Source: an uncultured Acidimicrobiia bacterium (GTDB lineage: Bacteria > Acidobacteriota > Terriglobia > Versatilivoradales > Versatilivoraceae). Taken from it: a DNA stretch of 64,000 bases. The notes beneath the pieces were generated by a model, which had not been told where the DNA came from, searched no databases, and worked only from the letters and a program-made list of their open reading frames with translations. This document shows positions 29,620 through 41,825 of the stretch, in pieces (position 1 is the stretch's first letter; every line of letters begins with the position of its first letter). Where the stretch lies: positions 416,001 to 480,000 of the forward strand of contig CAWBAT010000005.1 in NCBI GenBank assembly GCA_963786955.1, read 5' to 3'. Position numbers and translations under genes: made by a program.

Positions 29620-30586
29620 CTAATGAATGCTCTTCTGGACAATCTTGTCGAATTCCTGCTGGATGGTCCGGCAGTGCTCTTCCTCTTCTTCGGCAAACCT
29701 CAGGAAGATTGCTTTCCCGCGCGTATCGTTGAACTTTTGAGCATACTCTGAAAAGAACCGGTAAGACTCGTGCTCCATCTCCATCGCCAAAGATGAGCGC
29801 TTGTTCTTCGTCCAGCTTTCCTTTCAACTTCTCTCGAATCTGATCACGCGTGGGAAAAATCTTTTTCAGAGACTCATAATCAAAGTGCAGGAATACCGGC
29901 GCTTCTAGAATGTTCTTATGTCGGGACACAAGCTCTTTCCATTCCTGCTCTAACTCTCTCAGGTGACGCTTCTCCTCTTCGGCGATCTTCAGGAAGATCT
30001 TTCTACCCGAAGGGTGTTTTAAGTATTCCGCCGCTGTCCGGTAGAAATTGATGCCACTCCTTTCCGCTTCCAACGCAATCTTGAGAGCATCTCTGGCAAA
30101 AACAAGGTCAGAATCATAGACATCTTGAGGGGATGGGCGTTTATGTTGACAATCCGGACACACTCCAAAAATTTGAAGTTGGTGCCGCATCGGCAGGAAT
30201 TGATACTTGGCCACTACCAGATCATGGATGGTCTCCAACTCCGGACTGACAAACTCGATGGCCCGGTTGCATTCGATGCAGACAATATGATGATGGTGGG
30301 GGCGATGATAAATATGTTCGAAGCGCACCCGCCCATCCTGGAGGTCCGTTTCCCGGGCTAACCCGCAGTCGGTCAGGGCCTTGAGGGTGCGGAAGACCGT
30401 CGTATAACCTACGGCCTTATCTTTCCTTCGAACTAATTGATATAACTCGTCCGTACTCACATGACCCAACGTCCGCAAAAAGCTTTGAACCACAATTTCA
30501 CGTTGACGGGTGATTTTCAAGCCGTTCTTCTTTAAATATCCGGAAAAGATCGCCATCTGTTCAGCAATTTCCTTCTCGGTGCTCAT
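29620..30586 (-). CDS. Fur-family regulator fused to a ferritin/rubrerythrin-like domain (frameshift near 29790)
   Basis: KITRQR, TTVFRTL, HHHHIVCIEC, CPDC; then ALEAERSGINFY...EEEKRH and, in a shifted frame, AMEMEHESY...EEEEEH. Confidence 0.82.
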
Positions 30587-31349
30587 CGGTGCATTTCCCC
30601 TTCGGGCAAACTCAGGATCATCGGGCCCTCCGCAGTAATGGCAACGCTATGTTCAAAATGGGCAGAGCACTTCCGATCCTTGGTGACCACCGTCCACCCA
30701 TCCTTAAGAACTTCGACTTTATCCATCCCTTGATTGACCATCGGTTCGATCGCCAGCACCAAGCCTGGCTTGAGGATAATGCCCCGTCCGTTGGAAACAT
30801 AATTTAAAACTACCGGCTCTTCGTGAAGACTTCTACCGACTCCATGCCCGGAGTATTCTTTGACCAAGGAAAACCCGCGCTGTCTCGGCGTGAGTCTGGA
30901 TGGCTGCGGAAATATCGGCTAAATGATTCCCCGGCAAAGCCTGCCCGATACCCAGCATCAGGCACTCCTCCGTGGTCTCAAGCAGGAATTTCAGGTCCTC
31001 GGTGATTGCGCCAACAGGTACCGTGATCGCGGCATCCCCATAATAGCCTCGAAAACAGATCCCATAATCGATGCTGACAATGTCCCCATCTCTCAGAATT
31101 CTTTTCGAAGGGATCCCATGGACAACCTCTTCGTTTACTGAGATGCATAATGTTGCGGGAAATCCATTGTATCCTTTGAATGCAGGCCGCCCTTTTTTCT
31201 TTCGGGTGAGATCCTCGGCGATTCTGTCGAGTTCTAGAGGTGGTTACTCCAGCCTGACAATTACCCTTCAGGGTATTCAGAATCTCATACACAATCAGAT
31301 TACATTCCCGTAAGATTTCAATCTCGCTCGGAGTCTTCAGATGAATCAC
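30583..31349 (-). CDS. map: Type I methionyl aminopeptidase (frameshifted)
   Basis: MIHLKTPSEIE; GHGVGRSLHEEP; LAIEPMVN; DGWTVVTKD; SAHFEHSVAIT. Confidence 0.93.
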
Positions 31350-31423
31350 TCTTCCCTCTCCTCAAATCCGGGAAGTTCCCCAGCACATGACCCCACTGCC
31401 CGCCATTAATTTTGTCCCATTCG

Positions 31424-32749
31424 TTATCTGGCGTTCAAACGTCGAATGGCCAGAGGCGGCTTCTGAGACCACCGACGAGTTGCTATCCTTCAACAGCGGT
31501 TTCAAGCTCTCGATCGTTGCGCTGTCCCCAATGAATCCGAGCACTAGGCACAATCGCTGCCGCACATCAGCACTCTTGTTACTTAAGTTCTTGACCAGTT
31601 CCGGAACAGCAGGCGATCCGATTTCCAGAAAGTACGCTTCGACTTGTTCGTGATAGTAGGTCTCATTCAGCCCGGAGATGAGTTTCTCAATATATTCCTT
31701 GCGCCCTAATTGATAGAGCGCATAACTCATCGCGAGTTGACAGCCATACTCTTTTTCCTTGATATAGGCGCGAGAAACGTCTTCGGTAGCGCTGGCATCG
31801 CCCACACGCGCAATTCCCTCCGCAGCGGCTATACGATATGGCTTATCGGGATCTTTCAGCTTTTGTCTAAATAAGTTCAGTGAACTTGCATCTCCGACCA
31901 TAGAAATCGCCTGGAATGCAACTAATCTAAGTTTCGTGTCTGGATTTTGATCGTAGATGCTCTGCATTTCAGGTAAAGCTTTCTTGCTTCTCAGAAGGCC
32001 TAAGGTCACCAATGTTTCCACTCGCACGTCTTTGTCCGCATCTTTGAGATAGGGCATTAACGCTTCATCGACCGACGGGTCTTTAATTTTAAAGAGAGAA
32101 CGAAGGATCGCGATCTTCAAATTCTCATCTCCCGTCTTCATCCCATCTAACATTTTGGGGATCGCAGGCTGGCCTCGCAAGACACCGAGAGCCCTGGCCG
32201 AATCCAAGCGAATATCGTGCTGGGATCGACTAAATGGGCAGCAATTCCATCGATGACCGATCGCGGCACTTTAATGTACGCTTCAATGACTGATGGGTCC
32301 TTGCCAATCTGGTCGCTGAACGGGTTCACCGTTTTGTATACCTTTTTGCTGACTTTCGTGACGATAAATTCTGCCTCGCGGTCAAGGTATAAACTGACCA
32401 ATGCAATGATCGACTGTTCTCGAACATTTTCAACGGGGTCCTGAAGTGTCGTCAGAAGCATGGTCACTGCCGCTGGTCTTTCAACAGGCCCAAGGACTTG
32501 ACGACATTCCTCACGAACACCAGGATCCGGATCCGCGGCCGCACTTAAAAGAGGGCGGTACGGCCTCAAGACTCTTCGTTTTCCCCAATTGAGTCGCAGC
32601 CTTCTTGCGGACCTTCGCATTCGGATCCTTCAGTTTAGCCTTGAGTTCGGCAATTGTCGGCTCGGACGCAAGGCAATCTTGAAGGGAACCGTCCCTGCAA
32701 AAAATAGGAAAATCAAAACAATAAAACAAATGAATTGGCGCTTCAGCAT
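31424..32749 (-). CDS. Exported HEAT-repeat protein (frameshifted)
   Basis: Repeated LKDP..VR..AA..LG units in ORFs 32511..32945, 32147..32620 and 31362..32207; signal-like start after GGAGGGG. Confidence 0.78.
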
Positions 32750-33315
32750 AACCTATTTCCCCTCCACGCAAGAATCGAACAGCCTCCAGTATATAACTCC
32801 TAAGATTAACACATATCAATATGTGAAACGAAAGCCATTGCACGACAATATTCGATTTTGAACAGTTATTTTCTTCCGCGGGAATAGAATTCAAGCTCCA
32901 ATGGAATTTTACGGCACGCCTCCAATCTGCGCCCCCTTGATCCATCGTACCTTCAAAAAAGAGCGGGTTCTCAGATGGTGTTTCCGGTTAACGGACAAAG
33001 TGGAACTCTACGTTGACCATGAACACACGGGTCTCATTGGAATTCCAATTCCCCCTGGCAGTGGGAATATTGCCTTGTCGAAATGATCTCGGACTTTGTA
33101 GAGTAAAGGGACTTGATTTATTGATGCGGAACACAATAAGATTCAGAGCTTAAAGGTCCCGGGTCAGATTCTTGTGCAAATTCTCCGGCAACGCCCGGCC
33201 TGAGAGCCGATCAACTTACCGCTGGTATTGATTCGCAGAAAATAAGGTGAGACTGATTCTCATTTTTCCCCTGTAGGGGGCAGTTATCCCAATCCTCATC
33301 ACAAGGACTTGAACT

Positions 33316-34636
33316 ATGAAAAACAAAAAATTCATTACAGCTTATATCCTTTTTTTGTTTCTCTCAATTAGCCCTGTCATGGGGAGAAAAGCTCTTTTTG
33401 CCGATCCCATTCGTGAGATCAATCAAGCCTCAATTATCGCTGGAAGCGAAGAGGTTGCAATCGTCGGTGTCAATTTGATTGATGGAAGAAGGGACGTTCC
33501 CCTGGAAGATGCCACCGTTCTGGTGAGCAACGGGCGAATTAAGGCGGCAGGGCCGCGCAGTGAGATTAAAGTCCCCCATGGCACAAAGGTGATTGAAGGG
33601 AAGGGACTCAGTTTGCTTCCCGGCATGATCGATTCGCATTTTCATCTCGTCAAATGATCTCGGACTCCCTTCCCTTTACCTGTCCCATGGGATCACTTCA
33701 GTTCGTGACCCGGGGGCGTGGATCGAAGACTACGATCCAGTCGTGCAAAGTTTGGCCCCCATCCCTCGGCTGTTCCTGGCCGGACCGCTCTTGGATTATC
33801 CCCCGCCTGCTTATCCCAAGGGAAGTTACCTCCTTCGCGATGCGGCTGAGGCGCGAGTAGGCGTCAATAGTCTGATCGATCGCGGCTGCTCTGCCGTTAA
33901 GGTCTACTTTCGCCTGCCCTTAGGCATCATTCAAGTCGTGGTGGAAACCGCGCATGCGCGAGGGATTCCCGTGACCGCCCATCTCGAGACCGTCAAAGCC
34001 GATGATGCGATACTTGCCGGAATTGATGGCATCGAACATGTCACCTCCCTAGGCACCGCATTGTTGCCCCCACGTGAAGCCGAAGCCTACCGGCAGAGTG
34101 TTATCGCGGACAATGCCGCGAGAGGCGAGGGGCGATACCGGATCTGGAGCCAGATCGACTTGAATTCACCCCGCGTCAAATCACTGCTGGATCTCATGGT
34201 TTGGCGTGGCATAATACTTTCTCCGACACTGGCGGTATTCGAGCTTCGCGCCGGTGATCCCAACGTAAAGGATTTCAATGTGCACGGTTACAGTCAGATG
34301 ATTCAGTTCACCGGTATGGCGAAAAGGGCCGGTGTGCGTGTCGTCGCGGGATCACATTCGGCCGTTTCTCACGCAGAAAGAGGCTGGGCTTATCAGAGGG
34401 AGATGGAATTGCTAGTGGAAAGCGGCCTCACGCCTATGGAGGCGATTCAAGCCGGGACGATCGAGAACGCCCGATTTTTCCGCATCGAAGACCGGCTCGG
34501 CAGCATTGAGTCTGGAAAAACAGCGGACTTGATTCTGGTGGAAGGAGATCCGTCCAAAAATATTTCGGCCTTGCGCCAAATCAAACAGGTGATGCTTGCT
34601 GGAAAATGGATCCCCACGGAAATTCCTCAGAAATAA
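33316..34636 (+). CDS. Amidohydrolase family protein (frameshifted)
   Basis: LLPGMIDSHFH; PVTAH; GIEH; AGSH; LGSIESGKTADLILVEGDP. Confidence 0.85.
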
Positions 34637-34763
34637 TCGAAATGTTGCAGTCGAAGCGGGAGCCAATTTGCTCTGCCGAGGATTCGAGAAGAATCCCGCA
34701 CACCATCATTCGTTGTTTGGGTAAGAGCCTTTTAAGTAGATTCTCTCCTGAGTCCCCAAAAAG

Positions 34764-35725
34764 ATGCTTTATCCAGGCCCGCCAACTTTTGAGGATGTAC
34801 TCAAGCTCGACGACGAATCCAACCCTACCTTCATGCCACACTGTTGCAGGACTACCCGTCACTGGCTAGGCTGATTAGCTGTGACATCTGGGTAAAGCAC
34901 GAGAACCATCTCCCCACCGGCGCTTTTAAGGTCAGAGGAGGAATCAATCTGATGAGCCAATTAAGCCCAGAGGAGCGTCAACGGGGCGTCATCGCCGCTT
35001 CTACCGGAAATCATGGCCAGTCTATCGCTTATGCCGCCAAGATTTACGGAGTCAAAGCTATTATTTGTGTCCCGCAGGCGCTAATCCGACAAAAGTAGAG
35101 TCCATGAGGGATTTTGGAGCCGAGGTCATCTCTCATGGCTGCGATTTTGACGAGGCTCGCGTGTATTGTGAGCAACTGGCAACGCAAAAAGATTACCGAT
35201 ACATTCATTCAGGAAATGAGCCCCTTTTGATTGCTGGAGTCGCGACTGCAACTGTCGAAATACTTGAAGAACAATCCTGCGTCGATATCTTGCTCGTACC
35301 TATCGGAGGAGGAAGCGGCGCTGCGGGCGCCTGTCTTGTAGCCAAAGGATTAAACTCCAAGATGGAAATTATCGGTGTTCAATCGGAAGCGGCCCCAGCC
35401 GCATTCCGATCCTGGAAGGAGCATCGATTGGTGGCAGACCACATGGCTACTTGGGCGGAAGGGTCTGGCCACCCGTACTGCCTTTGAACTGCCGCAACAA
35501 ATCTTATGGGAGCTTCTGGATGATTTTGTTTTGGTGACGGAAGATGAACTCCGCCGTGCCACGCGCCTCATGATCGAAAAGACACGCAATCTTGTCGAGG
35601 GTGCCGGCGCTGCCCCTCTCGCCGCTGCCCTCAAACTGCGGGATCGCCTGTTGGGCCGCAGAGTCGCCTTGATGTGTACAGGAGGAAATATCAGCCTCTC
35701 TCAACTGAGAGAAATTCTTAAATAA
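34764..35725 (+). CDS. PLP-dependent threonine/serine dehydratase (frameshifted)
   Basis: KHENHLPTGAFKVRG, ASTGNHGQ, VPIGGGSG, EGAGAA, CTGGN. Confidence 0.88.
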
Positions 35726-35894
35726 GAACTGTATTCAAAAATTCATGAATCCGGCGGCGGACATGGATGGGAACCGCAACTAAACCCGAACGTTTAAGTT
35801 GGAAGGCGTCCCCTTCCCTTTTTTACCTGATTTACCCGAAACTGCAACGGCCCCGATATAAGAAAGGAACAATACCGCATCACTCCGAGATCCC

Positions 35895-37178
35895 ATGAAT
35901 AATACCGATGCTAAACCCGAAAAGCGGTCCTGGCACTCATCTCCTTGGTTCGCTTCCATTTTGTTGAGTTTCATCGCTGCCCTCTTTTACTCAGACCGCA
36001 CCGCCTTCACCACACTCTTTCCCTTGCTGAGGAACGATCTCGGATTTAGCGATATGGGGCTAGCGGCAATCAACACCTTTTATCTTTGGAGCTTTGCGCT
36101 GGCCTCTCCACTGGCAGGATTTCTCGGGGACCGACTTCTCCCGGCGCCGTCTCATTCTTGCCAGCATTTTTTTCTGGAGCGTGATCACCATGGTCAGCAG
36201 CGTGGTCACCGAGTAGTACCCAGCTGCTTGCGCTCCGAATACTGCTTGGACTGACCGAGTGTCTTTTTGTTCCCAATGCAGTGGCCTTGTTGGGCGAGTA
36301 TCATCCCGTCCGATCCCGCGCATTGGCCATGGGCCTATTTGTTTCAGGAATTAATCTGGGCTTAGTGGCAGGAGGGACGATTGCTGGAGGTCTTGGCGAA
36401 TCTTACGGCTGGCGTTCCGCTATCCTGGCTCTAGGGTTCACAGGGCTGCCGGTTTTAGGTATTTCCTATGCACTCCTCAAGGGAAAACCTTCATCCTACG
36501 GAACAGAAACGATTACCCAATTCGCATGCGACTCCAATCTGGTCTAGCCTCGGTGAAGTGATGAAAATCCCCAGCTTCTGGGTCTTGACGTTGGGTGGTA
36601 TTTTCTTAAACTTTGGGTCATGGATATTTTTAAATTGGCTGCCGCTTTATTTCCAGGAAACGTACCGTATGGGACTGGCAGCTTCAGGTTTTTCCGCAAA
36701 TGCTTACACCACATTGGGAGCAGTTCTTGGCATGATGGTTGGTGGATACCTTTCAGACCGGGTCACGAAAAATGGGCTCCACCATCGACTCCTCCAGGAA
36801 TTCCTTTGGATCGGGGTTTGCTTCCCATTTCCTTTGTTCTTTGTTTTCTCCAGCCGTTTGTACTTAATTTTCCTGTCCATTTTTGCTTTCACGTTGTTCC
36901 GCTCAATGGGGGCAGCCAATGCAACTCCCCTTTATTGTGAAGTACTGGCCAGAAACACCTGGTCTTCAGCCTTTGGTTTCGTCAATATGGTCAACAGTAT
37001 CGCCGCGGGGATTGGGGTGGTCATGGCAGGTTATTTCAAGCAGTACTTTGGGCTCAATCTGATTTTTGCAGCGGTTTCCGGGATTATGTTGATGGCTGTT
37101 ATCGTGCTTTTTGTCGGGTATGTCACCTACATCAAATCAGACTTGGAACGTCAGGGGCACGTTATCCAATCCGTCTAG
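35895..37178 (+). CDS. MFS transporter (frameshifted)
   Basis: FYSDRT, GFLGDR and GGYLSDR motif-A copies; many TM segments. Confidence 0.85.
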
Positions 37179-37239
37179 ATTTCGTCATGGTTCCGCGGCC
37201 GCTTGATTTGGCGAAAAGACAATGAAGAAGGAGCGGTAG

Positions 37240-37900
37240 ATGCATCTCATTTCGGTAAATGTCTCGATGCCTAAACCTATTTCCTTCGAGGGAAGGAACG
37301 TCCTGACTGGCATTTTCAAGCAGCCTGTAGAAGGGCGATTACACGTCGAGTCGTTTGAAGCTCGAAGGAGATCAACAGGCCGATCTCTCGGTTCACGGGG
37401 GTCCTCACCAGGCCGTTTATGTTTATCCTTTCGAGCATTACACTTCATGGCAGCAGGAATTGGGGAGAGATGACTTTACTTTCGGTCAGTTTGGAGAAAA
37501 CTTCACGGTCTCTGGAATGCTTGAAAATCAGGTTTGCATTGGCGATGTGTTCCGCGTGGGTAGCGCCCTTTTTCAGGTCACTCAACCGAGGGTCCCATGT
37601 TTCAAGCTGGCGACCAAAATGGGTTCACCCGAGTTCCCCAAATTGTTCATGGCTTCAGCGAAGACAGGCTTCTATTTGCGAGTGATGGAAGAAGGAGACG
37701 TCGGAGCTGGAGACGTCATTCTTCAAGAGAGCCAAAACTCTTTGGGTATGACGGTGGAGAGCGTCTTTCGACTCGCCTATTTCGATCGGGCGAACGTAGG
37801 CAAACTCAAGGAGGCGCTGTGTATTGTCAGCCTCTCTCCCAACTGGCAACGCATGTTCGAAGAACGGCTAGAGGAACTGGGAGAAAAGAAGAATCTCTAA
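37240..37900 (+). CDS. MOSC domain protein with 3-alpha tail (YiiM-like; one frameshift)
   Basis: TGIFKQPV, GDQQADLSVHGG, FGENFT, QVTQPRVPCFKL, TGFYLRV. Confidence 0.9.
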
Positions 37901-37919
37901 CTCCAAATCTGCTTTCCCC

Positions 37920-37977
37920 GGTGGAACGCGCGCTCCGTCACGCGTTCACGAAGCGTGCGCGGAGCGCCCGCTCCACC
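37920..37977. repeat. GGTGG REP-like double hairpin
   Basis: GGTGGAACGCG...CGCGTTC acg AAGCG...CGCTCCACC. Confidence 0.55.
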
Positions 37978-37999
37978 CGACTTTCATCAACAGAGCTCC

Positions 38000-38049
38000 A
38001 ACAAAAACGCCGCAGACCGAATTTCCCGATCTGCGGCGTTTTTGTTTTT
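38000..38049. terminator. Bidirectional intrinsic terminator between convergent MOSC and fdhA genes
   Basis: AACAAAAACGCCGCAGA...TCTGCGGCGTTTTTGTT perfect 17-bp inverted repeat with A/T tails. Confidence 0.8.
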
Positions 38050-38067
38050 AACCGGAGCGATCCGTGA

Positions 38068-39255
38068 TTACTTGACCGATTTGTGCGGATCGATGACAAA
38101 CTTCTTGGCGGCGCCTTTGTCGAAATCCTTGTACCCTTGCGGCGCCTCATCCAGCGAAATCACCGTCACGTTTACCGCCTTGGCGATCTGAATCTTGTCG
38201 TAGAGAATCGCCGTCATCAACGCCCGGTTGTATTTCATCACCGGGCACTGTCCTGTCGTGAAGAAATGCGATTTCGCCCAGCCTAATCCGATCCGGATGC
38301 TCAACCGTCCCACCTTAGCGTTCTCATCCACTCCGCCCGGATCTCCCGTCACATACAACCCCGGAATGCCCAGCGCTCCGCCTGCCCGCGTAATCTCCAT
38401 CAACGAGTTCAAGACCGTCGCCGGCGCTTCTTTCCCCGAGTCCGATCCATGTCCCCGCGCTTCAAACCCTACGCAGTCCACCGCACAATCCACTTCCGGG
38501 ACTCCCACAATCTGCTCAATCTGCTCGGCAATCGTCGCCTTCTTCGACACATCCACCACTTCACACCCGAAACTCTTCGCCTGCGCCAACCGCTCCGGGA
38601 TCAAATCTCCCACAATCACACAGGCCGCTCCCAGTAACTGTGCCGAGGCCGCACTGGCCAACCCTACCGGCCCCGCCCCTGCGATATACACCACCGATCC
38701 CGGCCCGGTCCCCGCACTCACCGCCCCGTGATACCCCGTCGGAAAAATGTCCGACAAACACGTCAAATCCCGGATCTTCGTCATCGCCCGCGCCTTGTCG
38801 GGAAACTTCAACAGATTGAAGTCCGCATACGGTACCATCACATACTCCGCCTGCCCCCCAATCCATCCCCCCATGTCTACATACCCGTAAGCCGCTCCCG
38901 GCCGCGCCGGATTCACATTCAAACACACCCCCGTCGCCCGCTCCTTGCAGTTGCGACACCGCCCACAGGCAATGTTAAACGGCACCGACACCAGGTCCCC
39001 CACCTTGATAAACTCCACATCCCGACCCGCCTCAATCACTTCCCCCGTGATCTCGTGCCCTAACACCAGCCCCATCGGTGCCGTCGTCCGCCCTCGCACC
39101 ATGTGCTGGTCGCTGCCGCAGATGTTGGTCGCCACAGTCTTTAAAATCACCCCGTGTTCGCACTTCCGATTCCCGATCGCTAGCTTCGGGTAGTCGATGC
39201 TTTGCACCTCCACCACCCCCGGCTTGATATACGCTACTCCACGATTGCTTGCCAT
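38068..39255 (-). CDS. fdhA: Glutathione-independent formaldehyde dehydrogenase
   Basis: MASNRGVAY, NICGSDQHMVRGRT, GHEITGE, ACGRCRNC, GAAYGYVDMGGW, GIPGLYV, AAKKFVIDPH; AAGGAGG RBS. Confidence 0.93.
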   Translation of the reverse strand: MASNRGVAYIKPGVVEVQSIDYPKLAIGNRKCEHGVILKTVATNICGSDQHMVRGRTTAPMGLVLGHEITGEVIEAGRDVEFIKVGDLVSVPFNIACGRCRNCKERATGVCLNVNPARPGAAYGYVDMGGWIGGQAEYVMVPYADFNLLKFPDKARAMTKIRDLTCLSDIFPTGYHGAVSAGTGPGSVVYIAGAGPVGLASAASAQLLGAACVIVGDLIPERLAQAKSFGCEVVDVSKKATIAEQIEQIVGVPEVDCAVDCVGFEARGHGSDSGKEAPATVLNSLMEITRAGGALGIPGLYVTGDPGGVDENAKVGRLSIRIGLGWAKSHFFTTGQCPVMKYNRALMTAILYDKIQIAKAVNVTVISLDEAPQGYKDFDKGAAKKFVIDPHKSVK

Positions 39256-39427
39256 GGTGACTTCCTCCTTATCTAATTTAAATTGGAAAATGATTCGCAG
39301 CTGAAAGTATAGGGGAATTGAGCCTGGTGAGGAACAGGAAAGCATTCCTTCAATGAGCCCATTCGATTTAGCTCTTAACAGAGAAACAAAAGATTATTCC
39401 CGACCAGCAATTCAGAAAAAGTTGCGC

Positions 39428-41803
39428 CTACCTCGATGCCTTCTCAACTCCGACGACCTCGAACGGAACAGCAGCCGACGGATGTTCTGTGGTGATCAAG
39501 GCTTCAACGAGGCCGACCGCAAAGATATTTCGCTCTGTCGGTTTGACGTTGTGCCCGCACTCCAGAGTGAATGTGAGCTGGGTATCCTGTTCCGGAATCA
39601 TGATTCCATTTAAGCCCACATCGGTAACTCTCACCCCATAGGGAAGGTTCTGGATATTAAACTTAACGCGACCCTTGAAGCCATTAAATCGCTCCACGGC
39701 CACTGTCACCTTCGCTGTTCCGCCTGGAGAAAGTCGGATTCTTTCATTTCTGACGAAGACCTTAATGTCCGGCCCCGGCATGAATGAAACCAGTTTCAGA
39801 AGATCTCCACCATCCGCAACCCGTGTTACCCACTCTTCGCCGACATGCGCTTTTCCTTTGATCCGGTAACGGGACCACCCCTCGGGCAAATTCACTCCGG
39901 GTTCCGCTTTCAATAACAGCGTTACCGAATTCTCACCAACGGGTACGGTTCCAATGGTTCCACTCATTCCCTGTGGGAGCCCGTCGAATTCAACAGCAAT
40001 GGGTCCGGTAAAACCCTCGGTGCGCAATGCCGTTACCTCAACAGGAACCGCTGCGCCTTTTGGAAGGTTGGGATTCTTGGGGATTGCCGTCAACAAAAAG
40101 TCTGGATTAAGGCTTCTCAGGGTCAAACGATAAGAAAAATCATCACCCCCCTTAGACCTGACGTCAGCAATTCTGGCCAAATAGACGCCGTCAGCAGGGG
40201 CCGTAAACGTCAAGTGGGAATCCTTTCCATACCCCGGGCCTCCGTCGTCATTGCGGTAATAGAATTGAATCATGGGCATCCCGTTAGGAGGGAATTGGCT
40301 GCCTGGCGGATGGAGTTCAACCTTGTAGACCCATTCGTCCAACGCATGGGCTTCGGGCGTTGTCTCTTCTTCGGAAACACGCTGCCCGCCGAAGCTTCGG
40401 AAAGTCACATCTTCATCCGGCCCATCGACGAGCTTAACCACACGCATGAGTTCACTGCCACCCACCACATAATCATCGAGCTTCAAAGTCTGGGCACCGG
40501 CAATGCGCAAGCCCGGAGATTTTGAGTCGCGATCAAACAAGGTGATCTGGCTCTTCCAGACCGCGCGAGCCGTTACACGGGGAACCAGATTCCCCCTAGC
40601 ATCCAGGACCTCGATCACGGAATCCAGCGGCGAACCTAATCGGTTGGCGGCTGTTTCCAGGACAATCCCCTGTCCTTTTTTGGCGCTGAAGCGGTAGTAA
40701 TCGGGCAAAGCAACTCCTGCAGAGTTCCGTGTGATTCGGCCATTCACAGTAATGGGAACCTCAAGTTCCTGCGCTGACTCTAGTGTGTTATTGCGGCCGG
40801 ATTCTTCTAATTCGTCATAGCGCCCAATGGCGAGCGGAAGAACATTTACCGAATCCCCCTGAGACGTAGTGGCTCCGAGTGTCACGATGTCCATGATTCT
40901 TCCTGGCCCTAAGCCAAAAGGCTCTGGCGAAACCGCTCGCGTCTTCCCCAAGTTGTAACCGGACACATGGATTGCATCCGTCGTGCCTGCCTTGAGCCCC
41001 AAAGGATAAAGGCCTTTCAAAAAAGGAAACTGGCCTACGGTCAATCGATAAACATGCCGGAGACTTCCGCTTTTGAGGTAATCATTAATCCGAACCTGAT
41101 AATTGCCGTCTTCGGGAATCCTGCAACCTATTGCGGTCTTCCCTTTCTCTTCCAAGTTGGTAATCAGGATACGGCCTTCCGAGTCGAAGACTTCAATAAC
41201 TGGATCCAATGTAGATCCGATTCCGGCAGCGTTCACAAGGAAGACGATCTCCTGATTTTTCTTGGCCTCAAATGCAAATTCATCGAAATCTCCGGGCTTG
41301 AGGATGGTGCCGTTGATTGTGACTGGCAAAACGATGGACTGGGCTTGCTGGCGGGAATTATTGGGCTCGCGTTCTCCGATCTCCGGGAAAGCTGCAACAT
41401 CCATTCTACCTGGAGTCGAACTACCGTGCGGAGTGATGAAACGAAACAAGTGAGTTCCCATCGCCGTCCACTTTTCTGCCGAGACCTCCACAGTTGCCTC
41501 CATCCTGGCGGGTTCTTCGAAGTACGTTTTTACGCCAGTAGAAGGCTTTGAATCGGGAGCCCATTTTTCCTTAGGAATGGCGGTGACGGAAAGGACCCTG
41601 CCGCTCAGCCCCGGTTCGGAAAAAACAATGGCGCTGGCCCCTGTCAGGTCGGTCCCTTCTATAACTAGCGTGGTGGTCGTCCCTCGTTGGATTCCAGCAG
41701 GTGCAGTCAAGATGACCGTCGGAGGCGTGGTTTGCGCCCTAGCCATAAACACGAAAATGCAACAAACCAGCGGGAGAGAAATAATTAAACGTCGAGGTTT
41801 CAT
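39428..41803 (-). CDS. Exported PPC (pre-peptidase C-terminal)-repeat protein
   Basis: PAGIQRG, EREPNN, INGTI..GDFD, DDGGPGYGKDS..FTAPADG repeats typical of DUF1553-cluster partners. Confidence 0.8.
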   Translation of the reverse strand: MKPRRLIISLPLVCCIFVFMARAQTTPPTVILTAPAGIQRGTTTTLVIEGTDLTGASAIVFSEPGLSGRVLSVTAIPKEKWAPDSKPSTGVKTYFEEPARMEATVEVSAEKWTAMGTHLFRFITPHGSSTPGRMDVAAFPEIGEREPNNSRQQAQSIVLPVTINGTILKPGDFDEFAFEAKKNQEIVFLVNAAGIGSTLDPVIEVFDSEGRILITNLEEKGKTAIGCRIPEDGNYQVRINDYLKSGSLRHVYRLTVGQFPFLKGLYPLGLKAGTTDAIHVSGYNLGKTRAVSPEPFGLGPGRIMDIVTLGATTSQGDSVNVLPLAIGRYDELEESGRNNTLESAQELEVPITVNGRITRNSAGVALPDYYRFSAKKGQGIVLETAANRLGSPLDSVIEVLDARGNLVPRVTARAVWKSQITLFDRDSKSPGLRIAGAQTLKLDDYVVGGSELMRVVKLVDGPDEDVTFRSFGGQRVSEEETTPEAHALDEWVYKVELHPPGSQFPPNGMPMIQFYYRNDDGGPGYGKDSHLTFTAPADGVYLARIADVRSKGGDDFSYRLTLRSLNPDFLLTAIPKNPNLPKGAAVPVEVTALRTEGFTGPIAVEFDGLPQGMSGTIGTVPVGENSVTLLLKAEPGVNLPEGWSRYRIKGKAHVGEEWVTRVADGGDLLKLVSFMPGPDIKVFVRNERIRLSPGGTAKVTVAVERFNGFKGRVKFNIQNLPYGVRVTDVGLNGIMIPEQDTQLTFTLECGHNVKPTERNIFAVGLVEALITTEHPSAAVPFEVVGVEKASR

Positions 41804-41825
41804 TGGACTGATTTCATTTCCACGA

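Noticed and set aside
32750-33315. Hidden gene or ncRNA in the 560-bp divergent intergenic region
   Set aside because: Short ORFs lack family features, and no convincing structure or repeat was seen.
2798-37900. Programmed frameshifting or mass pseudogenisation
   Set aside because: No consistent slippery sites, and housekeeping genes are hit like accessory ones; most consistent with sequencing error.
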